Shown here: positions 24,791 to 38,529 of the stretch, in pieces
Position numbering within the stretch: position 1 is the stretch's first letter
Layout: the number at the start of each line of letters is the position of its first letter
Origin: Ginglymostoma cirratum
Taxonomy: Eukaryota
Assembly (NCBI GenBank): GCA_024137785.1
Contig: JAHRHZ010000031.1
Location: 4,561,684 to 4,625,683 of the forward strand
DNA length: 64,000 nucleotides
Direction: 5' to 3'
Made by a program: the position numbers and the translations under genes
Notes under the pieces: generated by a model
What the model saw: only the letters and a program-made list of their open reading frames with translations
The model's database searches: none
What the model was told of the DNA's origin: nothing

Positions 24791-27164
24791 AATCTCTACC
24801 TTCTCCGCAATTACAGAATGCAGTAGACCACAATGAATTTTGAGACCCTCTCTGCTGAATATTATAAGGGTTTTTTTGGCAATAGATGCTTTCTTCGGCT
24901 CATCCATAATCATCACCAATAAAATATTGTACCAGATTTTATGCGGCAGCGTGGCTTTATTGTGCGCCTGCTGCATAAGCATTCATGGGTTGTGAAGCAA
25001 CATTGTGAGACATACTACCAGCAAAAAGTCTTCGCCATCCAAAAGCTACCCTTTCAGTTTGTGGTAGTTCAAATGTATAACTGAATGAAGTAATGATGAC
25101 TGCTGTCAGGATAATGGCACAAACCTGTAGGATTCACCAACACTCATCTGCCTATGAGTGTAATAGGCCAGCTACCTACTGTGGGAGTAAAATCTTTTTT
25201 GGTTCTGTTATAGATCAGAGTTAATGTGTGGCGACACACAAAGATGTGTGAGATGTAAATTGCATCCTGCACCATGAGGAAGTCTGCAATCACGCAAGCC
25301 ATTTTATTCTTTCTATCTGCTTCTCTCTAGCAAGAGAGTGAATAGAGAGCCACACAGTCATCCCTTTATGCAACTGTGGACAGCAAACTCCAGCTCCGGG
25401 TTAGAAGCCATTGATCATAGCTACAGGTAATGTGTTCATTGACTTCTTCTAAGGTTGCAGTAATTGTCGTGGTACATTGTAGATTTGAGTAAAGATCTAC
25501 TTACTACAACATGGCCACCTTTCACAATGCTCCTCACTGAGGTTCAGCTAGGAGAACTGGTCCTGGAAAAGTCCTGATTGGATTTGATTTCTTGATGAAA
25601 ACCTTCTCGTCATCATCCCTCTTCCATTGGCTTGTCCTACTCTGTGTATCCTCTGATTATTCTCCCCATCACATTTTTTTCCAAGCCTTACTTATGCACC
25701 TATATCTGGGACCAATGGGTTTGAGCAGAAGCCTGATGTTTGCAAAAACATCCTCCTGTATCTGTAATCTGTGAATCTTTGCAAGTTTAAAGAACAATGA
25801 CAATCATCAAGCATTTATCGAATTGTAGAATTGTCAAAAATAAACCAGCCTGGGACTAATTTGTTAATCATTGATGCTCCCTTTAAGTACTTACTAAGGA
25901 AGTTCTTTCCTGCAGCTTAATGTGTGTATAGAAATACGAGTTTAAGAAACTGTGCCAGCTGGAACACTGAGCGCCAAAGTAGCTGATCAACATTATGATT
26001 GGCCTTACTATACATGCTTCCAGTGAATACTAGCTGTGTGCATACTACCTTCCTCACAAATATGACTGGGGAGATTCACAGCAGAAAGATGTTGGCTCCC
26101 AGATGGCTCTTGCAGCGTCCAAACCCCTTGCACTAGCAAACTCAGCATCTCTTCCTGACAGCTTAATAGAATAATGGCACAGCATGCGTGTAACCAGGAT
26201 TGAGAAAGGACATCCTATTTTAATATAAAGATTATTATATTAACCAATGACCAATGGCATTAGACTATCTGAACTTTACCAATCTCAATTTTATTTTCAG
26301 GATCATAAAAGTAACAACAGGTCTCAGGCGGCTTTCTTAAACTACAATACTAACACTTTAACCTTGTTTACTGGCTTGAAAACACAATAAAGGTGACTTC
26401 CAATATCAAACACCTCTCCTTAGCTAATTTATAAAATGTAGATATTGCTTTTGCTGGCAGTGAAATGCATGCCAACTACTAACTGAACTCACTTTTATCA
26501 CTTGGTTATTTAAAAGAAGCATAATATATTGTTTTAAAGCCTAATCAAATGTTTTAAAATAGATTTATGATATATTAAATTTTAAACTCAGTTATAAAAA
26601 ATCTTACTTTAAGCATCTAAATACCTTGTTGCTCTATGATCAAGGGGCAAATATTTAACTGTCAGTCATCTTAATGGCAAATTGCTGCCAAATAGAAAAT
26701 GCAGTCTGGGCTGTAAGCTTTCTTTGGGCAGAATTCAGAACAGCTGGCTCATTTTTATGTGACTCAACACAGTGGTAAATAAGCACACAAAAAAGAACAG
26801 GAAAGGACAAGTAGGTCCAACAGTCTTCCCTACCCACCCTATTGTGAACTATTCAAAATAACACAAGTCAAGTGGTGATAAAAATCTCAGCATTTTATAA
26901 TTACTGATGCAACTAATCTTCAAATTCCTCATTGCCACCACTACCTTTCCAGACACCAGTGTCATAATTGCAAATGTAGGTTTGCATAATTGCAAATTGC
27001 AATCATAGGTTCCAATCATCAGCTGCAGTTTAATTTGGATTGGTTTAAATAACAAGGTGAAACAATTGTTTATTGGCAAAAGTGAATTTAGTTTTGTTAG
27101 GATGCATATTCTATTTGAGGAAGAGATGGACTAAAAGGACAGTATGGTTTTCACTTCTAGCTCA

Positions 27165-27560
27165 ACAGAGTATATTTATTTTTAAATCCCAAAGGTTGTG
27201 CATTCAAGTCCTGAGGTGGACACACCATTTAAGCTGACACTTCAATCTGATAAAGATGGAATGCTGCATTGTTAGAGTTTTTTTTGGACAAGATGTTTAT
27301 GTAGGATCTAGTTCCCTCTGACATGGGCAACAAAAGACCTCAAAATGCTACTGAAAGAAGAACAGAGCGAACATTTATCTTTCTAGCAATAACATTAAAA
27401 AACATATTACCCAGTCACTTCATCGATTATTTTTGTGGGAACTAGTGTACAAATTTGTTGCTGCACTTATTTACATTAAAATAGTGACTACACTTCAAAA
27501 AACTTAGAATGTGTAGCATTTTGGAGAATTCATAAGTTTTTCATTCACTGTAAGATAATT
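27165..27560 (+). mobile_element. Deu-domain SINE, old
   Basis: Collinear with 20308-20747 (GGTTGTGCATTCAAGTCC; GCTGACACTTCA; TTTGTGGGA; AGTGACTACACTTCAAAA). Confidence 0.65.
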
Positions 27561-28339
27561 TTTAAGAATTTGCACTCCTGTTGTAGAGCTTTCTGTATCA
27601 GTAATACATGTCAGGATGTGTGATATGGACATCTGCTAGGATTTAACATCCATTAAAATTAGTGGAACTCAAATACATAAAAATTTACCCTTAGAGCTTG
27701 AAGTTTTATTACCAATGATATATATTTAAAAAGCAATAAGATTTAAATGTTCTTAATACTATCTGACAAAATTTGCAACATAAAATTAATTAGTCCGTCA
27801 TACCAATGTTATGCAGATATCTATTAATTATTCCGATATGGCGTACTTTGGAAAAGGTGCAGTGGGCCATCTGTAGATTGTATTATTTTAGTGTTTTTCA
27901 GATGGATACATTAGACATAATTGCTGACAGGACATACACATAAATACAAGCATTTCTGATTTGGGATAAGCTTCTATATGGATGTATTGCTGCAGAATGT
28001 AGAACAAAAGTCATCAGATATTACTAAGTACACAAGAAACTGAAGGTTCAATGAGCAAGTTCATACTTCTGTATTAAATGTAAAGTGCTTGTAAAATGTA
28101 CATGAAGGACTAGAAAACTATTTCAGACTCAGGATATTTTTTGATTTTCTTCAAAACCAATATATACAGTTGGGTAGTGACCAGCAGCTGAAGCTCAGAT
28201 ATTACTAAAAATTAAATGCTGAACACAAATAAAAATATGCATTTGACCATGTGATTCTCATAATACCACTGTAATATCTTCACCAACTGTGCCCAACCAA
28301 CTTTCATAGCATTTCTCAAAGTGACAATGCCGATTTGCA

Positions 28340-29335
28340 TGTTATGGCTCTCTATGGCAAGTACATCCTTCCTGATGCAAGCATAGCACACAACAGCACA
28401 CAGTACTTCAGGCGTAGTCTCATCAGCGTTCTATACAATTGAAGCTGCACGTCTGTTCCTGTGCTCATGTCCTCTTATGATAAAGCTACCATACTGTTTG
28501 TTTTCCACATTGCTTGCTACATCTGATTGCTAGCTTTCTGAAACTTAGAATGAGGACACCTAAATTGCTTTGGGCATCAATACTTTCCAATCTCTTACAA
28601 TTTCAGAAATACCCTGCTCCTTTGTTCCTCCTACCAAAGTGGGTAACCTCACACTGATACTCACTTAAAATATCATAGTGCCAAGTTTTAATAAATTTGT
28701 CAGCCTTCATGAAGCTGTGCTGACTCTGCTTGATCACATAATGTGTTTCTAAACGCTCAGCTATCATGTACTTTATAAAAGATGATTTTCTCAACAACAG
28801 ATGTCAAGCTAACCGGTCTATAGCTACCTGCTTTTTGTCTCCTTGCCTTTTTAGATAATAGTGTTATGTTGTCAATTTTCCAATCCTCTGGGACTTGTCC
28901 AGAATCTAAGGATTCGTGGAAGATTATTACTAGTGCATCCACCATTGGTACAGCTACTTCCATTAATATCTTAGGATGCAACCCATCAGGTCCAAGGAAC
29001 ATATTGCCCTTTAGCCCCATTAGTTTCCCTAGTACTTTTTCTCTAGCAATAAACATTGAACTTATTTCCTCTCCCCTTTTTGTCTCTTAACCTATTTGCG
29101 TTTTTGAAATGCTATTGGTGTCTTTTAACCTGAAGACAGATGTGAAGTATTTATTCAACTCTTCTGATATTTTGTGACTCCTGTTACTATTTCCCTCAAA
29201 TTCAAAGGGGTCTATGTTAATTTTGGCTTTCTCCCTTTTATATATTTAATGAGGATCTTGCTGTCCAACTTGATATTAATTGCTAGTTTATTCTCAATGT
29301 TTATTTTCTCCCTTTTTAAATTATTTTTTTCCAAA
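28340..29335 (-). mobile_element. CR1 ORF2 (RT) fragment
   Basis: ORF 28757-29056: GPDGLHPKIL.E...IF.ESL.SG.VPEDWK..YRPVSLTSVV.K, followed by SQHSFMK. Confidence 0.9.
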
Positions 29336-29699
29336 AAGAAAGGGAATCTGATAGAGGTAGAACTGCAGGTCCTTTTAATATAGACCAGGACAGATTTAGA
29401 GTTAACTGAGAGTAAGAGATGCTGGGATTTTTGAGGGCCTTTTTTGCCATAGTGGTAATGCAGCAGTAACCTTCTGAGCCAGTGGGCCCGAGCTCCAGTC
29501 CAACCTTCTCCTGACGTAAGCAATAACATCTCTGAACAGGCTGGAAAATATCCACAGCTGACACTTTTCCTAATACAGGAATGGGCTTCTAGATAGGCAA
29601 CTGATCTAAAAGAGAACGGTCAAACTGGTATGCACTCTGAACTATAGTTTACCAATAAAACTGATTCAACTATAAATATCTGTCTATTAAACAACAAAT

Positions 29700-30585
29700 G
29701 CCCACTCACTCAACCTGTCCAACTATCCATGAAGCTTCTTTACATCCTCCCCATACCTTATAATCTTCCCAAGTTTTGTATCATCTGGAAACTTGGAAAT
29801 ATTACAGTTAGCCTCCATATCAAAGTCATTGACTTGATTGTGGACAAGTCAGGCCCAAGTAACTTGCAAATGATCCATTTAGTCCTACTCAGGGCTTTCT
29901 GCCTGTTAGACAACGTTCAATCCACACCGCTGTATTACTACTAAATCTATTGGCTTTAATTTTGTTTGCTAATCTCCTGTGTGAAACTTTGTCAAAAACC
30001 TTCTAAAAATTCCTTACCTCCTGCACATACCTATTCCCTCTTATTGACTCTGCTGATAACTTCCACAAAAAAATCTCTCAGGTTTGACAAACATGATATC
30101 CCCTTCAATAATCCATGTTTTCTTTCATATCCAGTCAGACTGTTACTTCTAAATATCCAGAAATAATACTTTAGATTAGGTGTTAGCATTTTCCCTACTA
30201 CTAACGTCAGGCTTTTAGATCTGTAGCTCCCTGTTTTCTTTTTCCTTCCTTTCTTAAATAGTAGAGTTACATTTGTAACCTTCCAAACTTCACTCACTGT
30301 TGCAGAATTAAGAGAATTTTGAAAAACAATAAGCAATGCAACCATTATTCTGTAGTCATTTTTTTAACATTCTAGAGCAAAGGTCATCTGATCCAGGAGA
30401 TTTGTTAACTTCTAGTCTCATTAATTTCATCAAAACTACTGTTTTACAAACCAATTTATTTCAATTCCTCACTCACACTGGATTCTTGAATCCTAATTAT
30501 TTCAGGGAGACTTCTTGCGTCTTCCTTTGTGAAGACAGATACAAATTTCTTCTTAACTTCACTGTCATTTCTCTATGGACATCTT
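29700..30585 (-). mobile_element. CR1 ORF2 (RT) fragment
   Basis: ORF 30031-30345: WKVTNVT.LFKKG...YR..SLT.VVGK...HG..KG.SCL.NL. Confidence 0.85.
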
Positions 30586-31469
30586 AGAACTTGTACCACA
30601 CATGGTTTATTGGAAGTAGCGGAGAATATTTAAGGTGTAAGTTAGAAAAGGTTGTTGGAGTATTAATGGCATTGTGCATTCCTAAGTGGAATATATTCTT
30701 GGGCTGCCACCTATTTCATGTAGGCTGGTAGAATTGGACCCGCAGAAAATAGGGTGGAATAAAAGAAACAGTATTAACTAGCTGGCAGGATTTGAAATAT
30801 AATTTTCTGCCTACAGTGACTTCATGTTGGTATACAAATGGAATACTTCGTTGATCTAGGTATGATACACATTGCTTTAAAAAATGCTATTTATGAAAGT
30901 TATTATTAATGCGAGGGGGTTGATATTGCAAAGTATTTCAAGTGTTATAACTACTCTCCTCATGCAAAGGGGTTTACTTGCGCTGTTTATGTCTGTAGTC
31001 TTTCAGTGGCTTGCCCTGAGAGTTGGAGAATGGTAGTTGGTGTTGGTGAAGTAGGAAGAGATTATTTTTGGCCTGACTTCTCAATTACCTGTAATTGTAC
31101 TTAGGAGTGCCCTTTGTAGAACCGAGTAGTGAAGCATACAGTATCCAGAAGATAGGTCAAGCACTTTTTTACCTTGATGTTAGGTGCTTGAAGTCCTGCT
31201 GATGAACAACAGTCAGGATGCCACAAGGCTAATAATCAGTAGTTGCAATTCCCCAGATACTTTCCGCACACAAGAAGCAGCACAAATCCAGCCTGGCTAA
31301 TTACCACCCGATCAGTCTACTCTCGATCGTTAGTAGAGCAATGGAAGGGGTCACTGGCAGTGCAATTGAGCAGCCTATGCTCAGCAATAACCTACTCACT
31401 GACAGGACAATGTGACCTGCTTGATTCACCTACACATCCACATTATTTAAAATTTATTCCCTCCACCAC

Positions 31470-32490
31470 TGATCCACAATAACAGTAATGCCTACTGTCT
31501 ACAAGACGCTCTGCAGTACCTCATCAGCAGCACCTTCCAAACTTGACAGGGTGGTGAAAAGTGGTGAAAAAAGGATTTGGCATGCTTGCCTTCATTGGCT
31601 ATTGCATTGATTGCCGGAGTTGGGATGTACTATTGCAGCTGTACAGGACAGCGGTTGGGCCACTTTTGGAATACTGCATGCAATTCTGGTCTCCCTCCTA
31701 TAGGAAAGATGTTGTTAAACTTGAAAGGGTTCAGAAAAGATTTACAAGGATGTTGTCAGGGTTGAAGGGTTTGAGCTACAGGGAAAGGCTGAATAGCCTG
31801 GGGCTTCTTTACCTACAGCATCCAAGGCTGAGGGGTGAACTTATAGAAGTTTATAAAATCATGAAGGACTTGGATAGGATCAATAGCCAAGGTCTTTTTC
31901 CCAGGGCAGGGAGCCCAAAACTAGAGGACATAGGTTTAAGGTGAGAGGGGAAAGACTGAAAAGGAACTCAAGGGGTAACATTTTTACCCAGAGGGTGGTG
32001 TGTGTATGGAATGAGCTGCCAGAAAAAGTGATGGAGGCTTTTACAATTACAACATTTAAAAGGCATTCGGATGGGTATATGAATAGGAAGAGTTTGGAGG
32101 AATATGGACTAAATGCTGGCAAATAGGACTAGATTTATTTAGGATATCTGGTCAAGATGGATTAGTTGGACCAAAGGGTCTGTTTCCATGCCATATAGCT
32201 CTGTGACTCTATGACACTATCACCTAGAAGGACAAGGCTATTGGACGCATGGGATGCAAGTTCCCCTCCAAGTTGCACACCATCCTGACTAGGAATTGTA
32301 TTGACTTTCGTTTATCATCACTGGGCCAATATTCAGATTGAACTTCCTAATACTGATATATACGTATCCACATTGTGTGGACTGCAGCAGTTCAAGAATG
32401 TGGTTGTTTTAAACTTACAAAGCTTACAAAGGAATGGACAATACATTTCAGCCTGGACAATGATGCCCAAATCTTGTGAAAGAATAAAAA
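31470..32490 (+). mobile_element. 3' end of an old LINE (same family as 49640-52000), split by CR1
   Basis: 31470-31545 and 32216-32490 are collinear with 51640-52000. Confidence 0.6.
31545..32215 (+). mobile_element. CR1 LINE 3' fragment (nested)
   Basis: ORFs 31561-32126 (LEYCMQFWSP.YRKD..KLERVQKRFTRM; FTQRVV.VWNELP); ends in (TGACTCTA)-like repeats. Confidence 0.9.
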
Positions 32491-34394
32491 CAAACCCTTT
32501 GTCTTGTAAACTGGTAAAGGGCCCTTTTATCTATCCTAAGTATATGACTAAGGGGTGCAGATGCCTCAGTCCACTAAATTGAGGTACACCTTGGCCTGGG
32601 CTGGGATAACATACTTCAGGTGTGCTCAGCCTGAATGGTATCTAAGGAAAAGGGAGCCACTGAAATCAGATCTATGTCATATGATTAAAATTTGTTTAAC
32701 AATAAATGTGTTCCATTCCATAGCGTGTCTTGTCTTTCCTGTGCCAAGAAGATTTATCTACTGTTTTTGTGCAGCAAATGTGTGCAGGTTTTCATTGTAA
32801 AGTGAACTGTTGCTTATTTATTTTGACTTTACTCTTTGCTTAGTGAGGACATCAATATATTTACAACTATTTCATACGTTTTTTAAAATTTCTGTTGTGT
32901 TTAGCTTCTATCTTGGGCCAAATATTCTTACAACCATTGGCCATATAATTTATTGCTGTGTAAAATACTTTAACGCGAAGCAATTTACAAATAGTCCTCA
33001 AACAAATCTTGCGTGCAAAATTATCTTAGTTCAATTGATTTTTTGAGCCTATTTTCCAGCATTTTGTGTTAAAACCTCAGTGACAGTCTCCAGTCTCCAA
33101 ATTAGAGTGTAGATGCCAATTTATTAGCAAGCCCCATTAATGTAGCTTGCTAACTAGCCAGCAAGTGTTCAGGGAAAGTGACATAAATTATAAATCTTCT
33201 TTCTAACTTTCCCTCAGAGTAGGTATCCAGGGAGCATCAGCCAAGATCAAAGCTAATTAGGTGGACAGTCTTGTGTCCATACCATACAGTAGCACAACAG
33301 GAAGCTAATTAATTGTGGTCATTCACAAAAATAATCCACAGCAGCAGTTAGCTTATTTTTGATAAGACATACTTTGATTCAATTAACTAGCTGACAGATC
33401 CTTAAATCACATAAAGTTTGTATTACTGTTAAACAGATAAACTCCCTCAGGTTCTCTAAACCACACCGCAGTTGTTTGTAAAGGAGCGAAGGGCGGTATT
33501 AATGTGAACTGGTGATCAGTCAGGCTGCACTGTAAATGCATCTAGCTACCATGAAAAATTCAGGAAATGATTCTTCAAAAAGGAGCTTGATAAATTAATC
33601 TGAATCATTCTTCCGTGACTTTATGATGAGAATTCCAGGGATAGAACTGTAATTTTGAAAGAGAAATCTGCTTCAGAGAACATTCATAAATTGCTGTCTC
33701 CAGAATAGATGATGATGAAATGCCACAGATAATCTTAAAAACCATTGATTTTGCCAACGGAAGCTGCTTAGCTTCATATTTAATTGAAGAAGCGGAAGAC
33801 CTCAAGGTTTACTCATTGCTTCAGTTCTTTCTCATTGCTTCAATTCTTTCTCATTTTACCTTTCTGAAAAGAAAATATGCTTCACAGATCCTGAGAGTTT
33901 GTGCACCTAGAGTAACAAAATGGCAAATCTCAAGGGCAAGTCATGTACCAAGCATGGCAGCGCAGGGGGAACAAACTATTTTCCATTTAATGCTTGATTC
34001 TGATTGTTCTTTGACCTATATACTGTGTTGGCAATGAATTCAAAGTGAAATAACACAAGCATGACTGTTGAGACCAGAATTAAGTTAACACTCAATAACA
34101 GAAAAGAATTTACTTCTGGTACAGGTTAATTAATATTTGCTATCCTTCATATCTTCTTGAAATGTTTAGCAATGGATTAAATTGAAAGTGTGAAATCAGA
34201 AATGACTTGCTTTCTAAGGCTGTATTTTGTGTTCGGTTTGAATAGTCTCTGTTATGCCCATAACATTTGACAGCATGGTGACCAGTTTTTGGTGTTCTTG
34301 GTCTCATTTTATCTCCAAATTAGTATCCATGATGCACAAGTACAAACTTATGATACAAGCCCTGATGGACATCATTTTGGCGAGATTAATCAAT

Positions 34395-34507
34395 GAACTG
34401 CAGACTCTGGAGATCTGAAACAAAAAGGAAATTGCTGGAGAAACTCAGCAGGTATGGCAGCATCTGTGATGAGAAAACAAAGTTAACATTTCGAGTCCAG
34501 TGACCCA
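34395..34507 (-). mobile_element. Short Penelope-terminal-repeat-derived element
   Basis: Homologous to 775-874. Confidence 0.65.
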
Positions 34508-35009
34508 TTTTGGTAAGGACATTTGTATGTGTACAGAGAGTGTCCAACAAAGTATACAAAGTAGGTAGAACTTTTTCTTAATCCCCGTGGTCATGCTTAG
34601 CCACATCAGACAGAATGTCCAGCTGTTGGGAAGAGGGCAAAACTTGTGGAAAACTCAATGATTTTGCTCATGTTTATTACTCGTCAATGAAATCAAATAG
34701 AAAAACAAAATACCAAATGCCACTTATGTATAACCCAAAGGTTGAGAGAATGAAGGCAGAGTACAGGCAGATTATACTGAGAGTGTTTTCGTGCTATCTT
34801 TGGACACAACATCCAACCATATGTGACAGTTATTGGTTGCTTGGAAGCAAATGTGATCTTAAATTCAGGAGCCATCAATGCCATGGGAGAGCAAAGTCAC
34901 CATACCTTCCAAACCCATGACTTCGACCACCAAGTACATGGACAATGGATACCTTGAAACTCCCCCACCTCATGTTCCTCTCTAGCCACACACCTATATG
35001 ACTTGGAAC

Positions 35010-35148
35010 TGAAAGCAAAATACTTCAGATGCTAGAAATTTGATACAAACACAGAAAGAATGTTCAAGAAACTCAGCAGGTCTGGCAGCATCTGTAGAGA
35101 GAGAGAGATAGTTAATGTTTCAAATCTGGTATGACTCTTCTTCAGAGC
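35010..35148 (-). mobile_element. Short Penelope-terminal-repeat-derived element nested in a LINE tail (34860-35300)
   Basis: Minus strand reads CTGAAGAAGAGTCATACCAGATTTGAAACATTAAC...GATGCTGCCAGACCTGCTGAG. Confidence 0.7.
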
Positions 35149-35974
35149 TTTGAACTATATTATTATTCCTTCATTGGATAAAATTCCTGGAACTCCATTC
35201 TTACTCCATGGTTATGTACACCATGTGGCCTATAACAGTCTAAGGTGACAGCTCACCATTGTTGATTGATGATGATCAGTGATTAATTTGATAATGCCAC
35301 ACTGCCACTGGGGAATTGCATACTCCAGCTAATGCCCTCTCTTAACTCACACAGCTCTTCAGTAGCAGGAAGCTGTTGTTATTTAAATGGATCATATACT
35401 ATGGTTGGTTTTGGCTTAATTCAATGCATGTGGGCAGCTCACCCCAAATTGAGTTGTGCTACTGTTTTTGCCTGCAATCCCATGTCCAGTATTGAACCTT
35501 GCACAGATCCCATCGCTAAGCTATTTATGGAATTGGCACAATGCTAGTATATGAGCCTGAAGCACTGTCGGTTATCTTCAGATTGAAACTGTCTGTGTGC
35601 TGTGGAACCAACTACTATAAGCTAATGATTTGGGTAGAATGCTGCTCTCAATCATCCTTTCTATGTGGAGTCTAAGGGCCTTTTGTTAGCAGTGGACAAA
35701 CCACTAGTGAATCTTAACAAGTATAGACACTTAACAAAATGATGTTGCTTATTGCACAATAGAAATAAGTACGAGTTACATAGTCTAGTTAAACTCAGTT
35801 ACCAAGACTATCATGAGCCAAAGATGACATATCTAACTGTATAGGGATTTTGGGTTGGGGACTCCTCGATTCTTCACCTGGACCACACAACAACAACAGA
35901 CTAGATGGCACTTAATGAAGCATCAAAATTCACCCTTTCAGAACCATTACCTTATACTAAAGAATGACTGTTAG

Positions 35975-36300
35975 AAGGTGATGGTCTAGTGATATTATTG
36001 CAAGATTGTTAACCCAGAGACCTAGTCAATGTTCTGGGGACCTAGGTTTGAAGGCAGGTGGCTAAATTTAAATTCAATAAAAATTTGGAATTAAGGGTCT
36101 AATAATGATCATGAATACATTGTCTATTGTCAGAAAAAAACATTTCTAGTTCACAATTGTCCTTCAGGGAAGGAAACTTCCATCGTTACCTAGTCTGGCC
36201 AACATGTGACTCCAGGCCCATAACAATGTGGTTGATCCTAATTACTCAGGACAATAAATTTCGACCTTGACAGCAATACCTTCATTCCATAAATTATTAA
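35975..36300 (+). mobile_element. tRNA-derived SINE (same family as 56030)
   Basis: Collinear with 56030-56372. Confidence 0.75.
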
Positions 36301-37499
36301 TATGTGAATAATTGGGGACTGTAGTGCATTGAGCAGTGTGTAAAGCTATGATGATGTAGCTGATGCGAATTTATTCATTCGAAAATAAAATCCACTGCAT
36401 TCATGTTTTTTGGGACCCTGGCATTGGCTATCTACTCTACAGCTTTCATATAATTTATTCAGAGGCTCCCTGGTCCTATTGATAGCAGCTACCAAAGTAT
36501 TCATGGCCTGTGACGCCATAATTCACCATTCTTCTTGCTCATGTTTTCTTCTGGAACCAAGTACCTGATTCAGCCACAATGCACTTCCCATTCATCTGGC
36601 TTAGTTTAGACAGCACTGGCTATAGCTTTAGGGAGTGCAAGCCTTGCAAAAACTTGGGGCCCCCTGCAGAATTATACAACCACTCAGCAGCCTGTTTAAC
36701 ATGATAGTTACATGCAGCCAGTACTAACCAGCAGACAGCACAAGGTCTGTGCATTATGTACCTCAGAAGAAATGGGCAATTCTGCATTGTGATACTGAGA
36801 GTTCTATCAGGATCTGTCTCAACTTGCAGCCTATGAATATATTTTAGAAAAATATCCTTATTTTCTGGTTAAAATGACAAATAAAACAAATTATAGTAGA
36901 TTGAGCCCTAGAGTAAAAGCTAACTAATCACTATATATCTTATCACTTTAAACCATGAGCATTGAAGCAGCAATTGGTAAAAGGAAAATAAATATCATTG
37001 TTCAAAATCTATAGAATAAATGTTTGATTTTGTTATTTCAAAAATAGGCATTGTCGTAATGACAGATATTTAGTGTATTTGAGGATCGAAAGTGAACCTT
37101 TCAATTGAAATTTCAGACATAATATTCTCAGCGCACATGACACAATATTAGAAAAATCTGCAATTTTAATGATTCATAATAAATGTTTTCCTAAGTTGTT
37201 CTTAGCTAACATTCAGAAAGTTTATCTAGTGATCGTTTAAGTCCCAAAGTATGCTGAGGTGATCTGTGGACTTCGGTGGTGGGTGGGACAGGGAATGGAG
37301 CTGGTTCTGACGCATCGATGGATTTTTGTGTCACTGGGCTAGGGAGGAGAAAAAAATGGTCATTGTATTCACCTCTCATCAAGATGCAGTGAGCCTCCCT
37401 CTCAAAACGTGTAAATTTTGCTCCAGGACAGTTTTGGCTTAGCTGTAAGGTAACCACCAATTGATTAACTGGAGGCTCCTTGACAAGTTTCACTAATAA

Positions 37500-38400
37500 T
37501 TGAATTCAAACAAATCACCAATCACAGCACCATCTTAGAGACAAAGGTACCTAGATACAGATTCTTAAGAAAGAAAATAACTAGAAAAATAAATAAAATG
37601 TACAGCATTACAGGTCAAAGAAATAAATTAGAAAAGTAAATAAATAATGAGTTCAGAATAACAGTCTTTCCAACCCAGTCCATGTCAGCACCAAGCCTCC
37701 AGTAACTGAAAGAGACCTCCACCACCTCACCGCTGCCTGCACTGGACCCACCAATGTAGGAGTCACCACACTTTAGGCACCATTTTGTCACCCGGTCAGT
37801 CCACCTCGCTGTCACTGCTGAGCCTAAACTCACTCCACAACCAGGAGTCCCTGTCTCTGGTGCTGCCTCAATAAAATCAGGAGGCCCCGCTCCAGGCATA
37901 ACATGCTACTGCCATTGCCACACCAGCGCCAGGGGTCCCCGCTCTGGGCCCACTGTGAACAGGAGTCCCTGGCTCTGCTGCCAGGTCTGGAATCCTCACT
38001 TTGGGGCTACTGCCAGTAGGAGTCCCTGGATCTGCTGCCAGACCAGGCTGCTGCCACAATAAAAGTCCTACTTTGGCTACAGCAGTAATCTTGCCTGCAC
38101 CATCCCTCCTAATCGCTGGAAGCGCTTTGGTGCCATTGCCACCGGCGCCGAATGTCAGAGGGATGCTCTTGCTACTGGTGCCTCAACCTCCAATCGCCAG
38201 AAGAAGCCATGTTTACCACTCCACACGCAGCCCACTCTCGCTACCACGCTGATGCTACCAACCAACCCGCCATAGGAAATAAAGAAAAAAAAGCTGAACG
38301 ATAAAGAGCAGAAGCAGCAAAAAGAGACAGAAAGCAAATGGGAGTAGATGAGCACAGGCAAGAGCCCACATGCAGCCATGTTACTCCGTCACCATCCTAA
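37500..38400 (-). mobile_element. GC-rich non-coding retroelement with internal degenerate tandem repeats
   Basis: Minus-strand start AGGATGGTGACGG; 3' part similar to 22770-22830 and 24200-24385; recurring AGGAGTCCC unit at 37750-38050. Confidence 0.55.
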
Positions 38401-38529
38401 AGGTAAACTAAATGAAGCACAAGAGGACATTTGACACCTTCGGTTGCCAAATTTAAATATATTTTTGCAAAAAGATCACTGATTTCAGGAGGTGGGAAAC
38501 TCTGTCAATTTTGCCTCTGGGTGGTTGTA

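Noticed and set aside
24398-24826. 142-aa plus-strand ORF
   Set aside because: Antisense shadow of the CR1 endonuclease fragment.
37206-37493. 95-aa minus-strand ORF in unique sequence
   Set aside because: No recognisable domain and no convincing splice-site pair.
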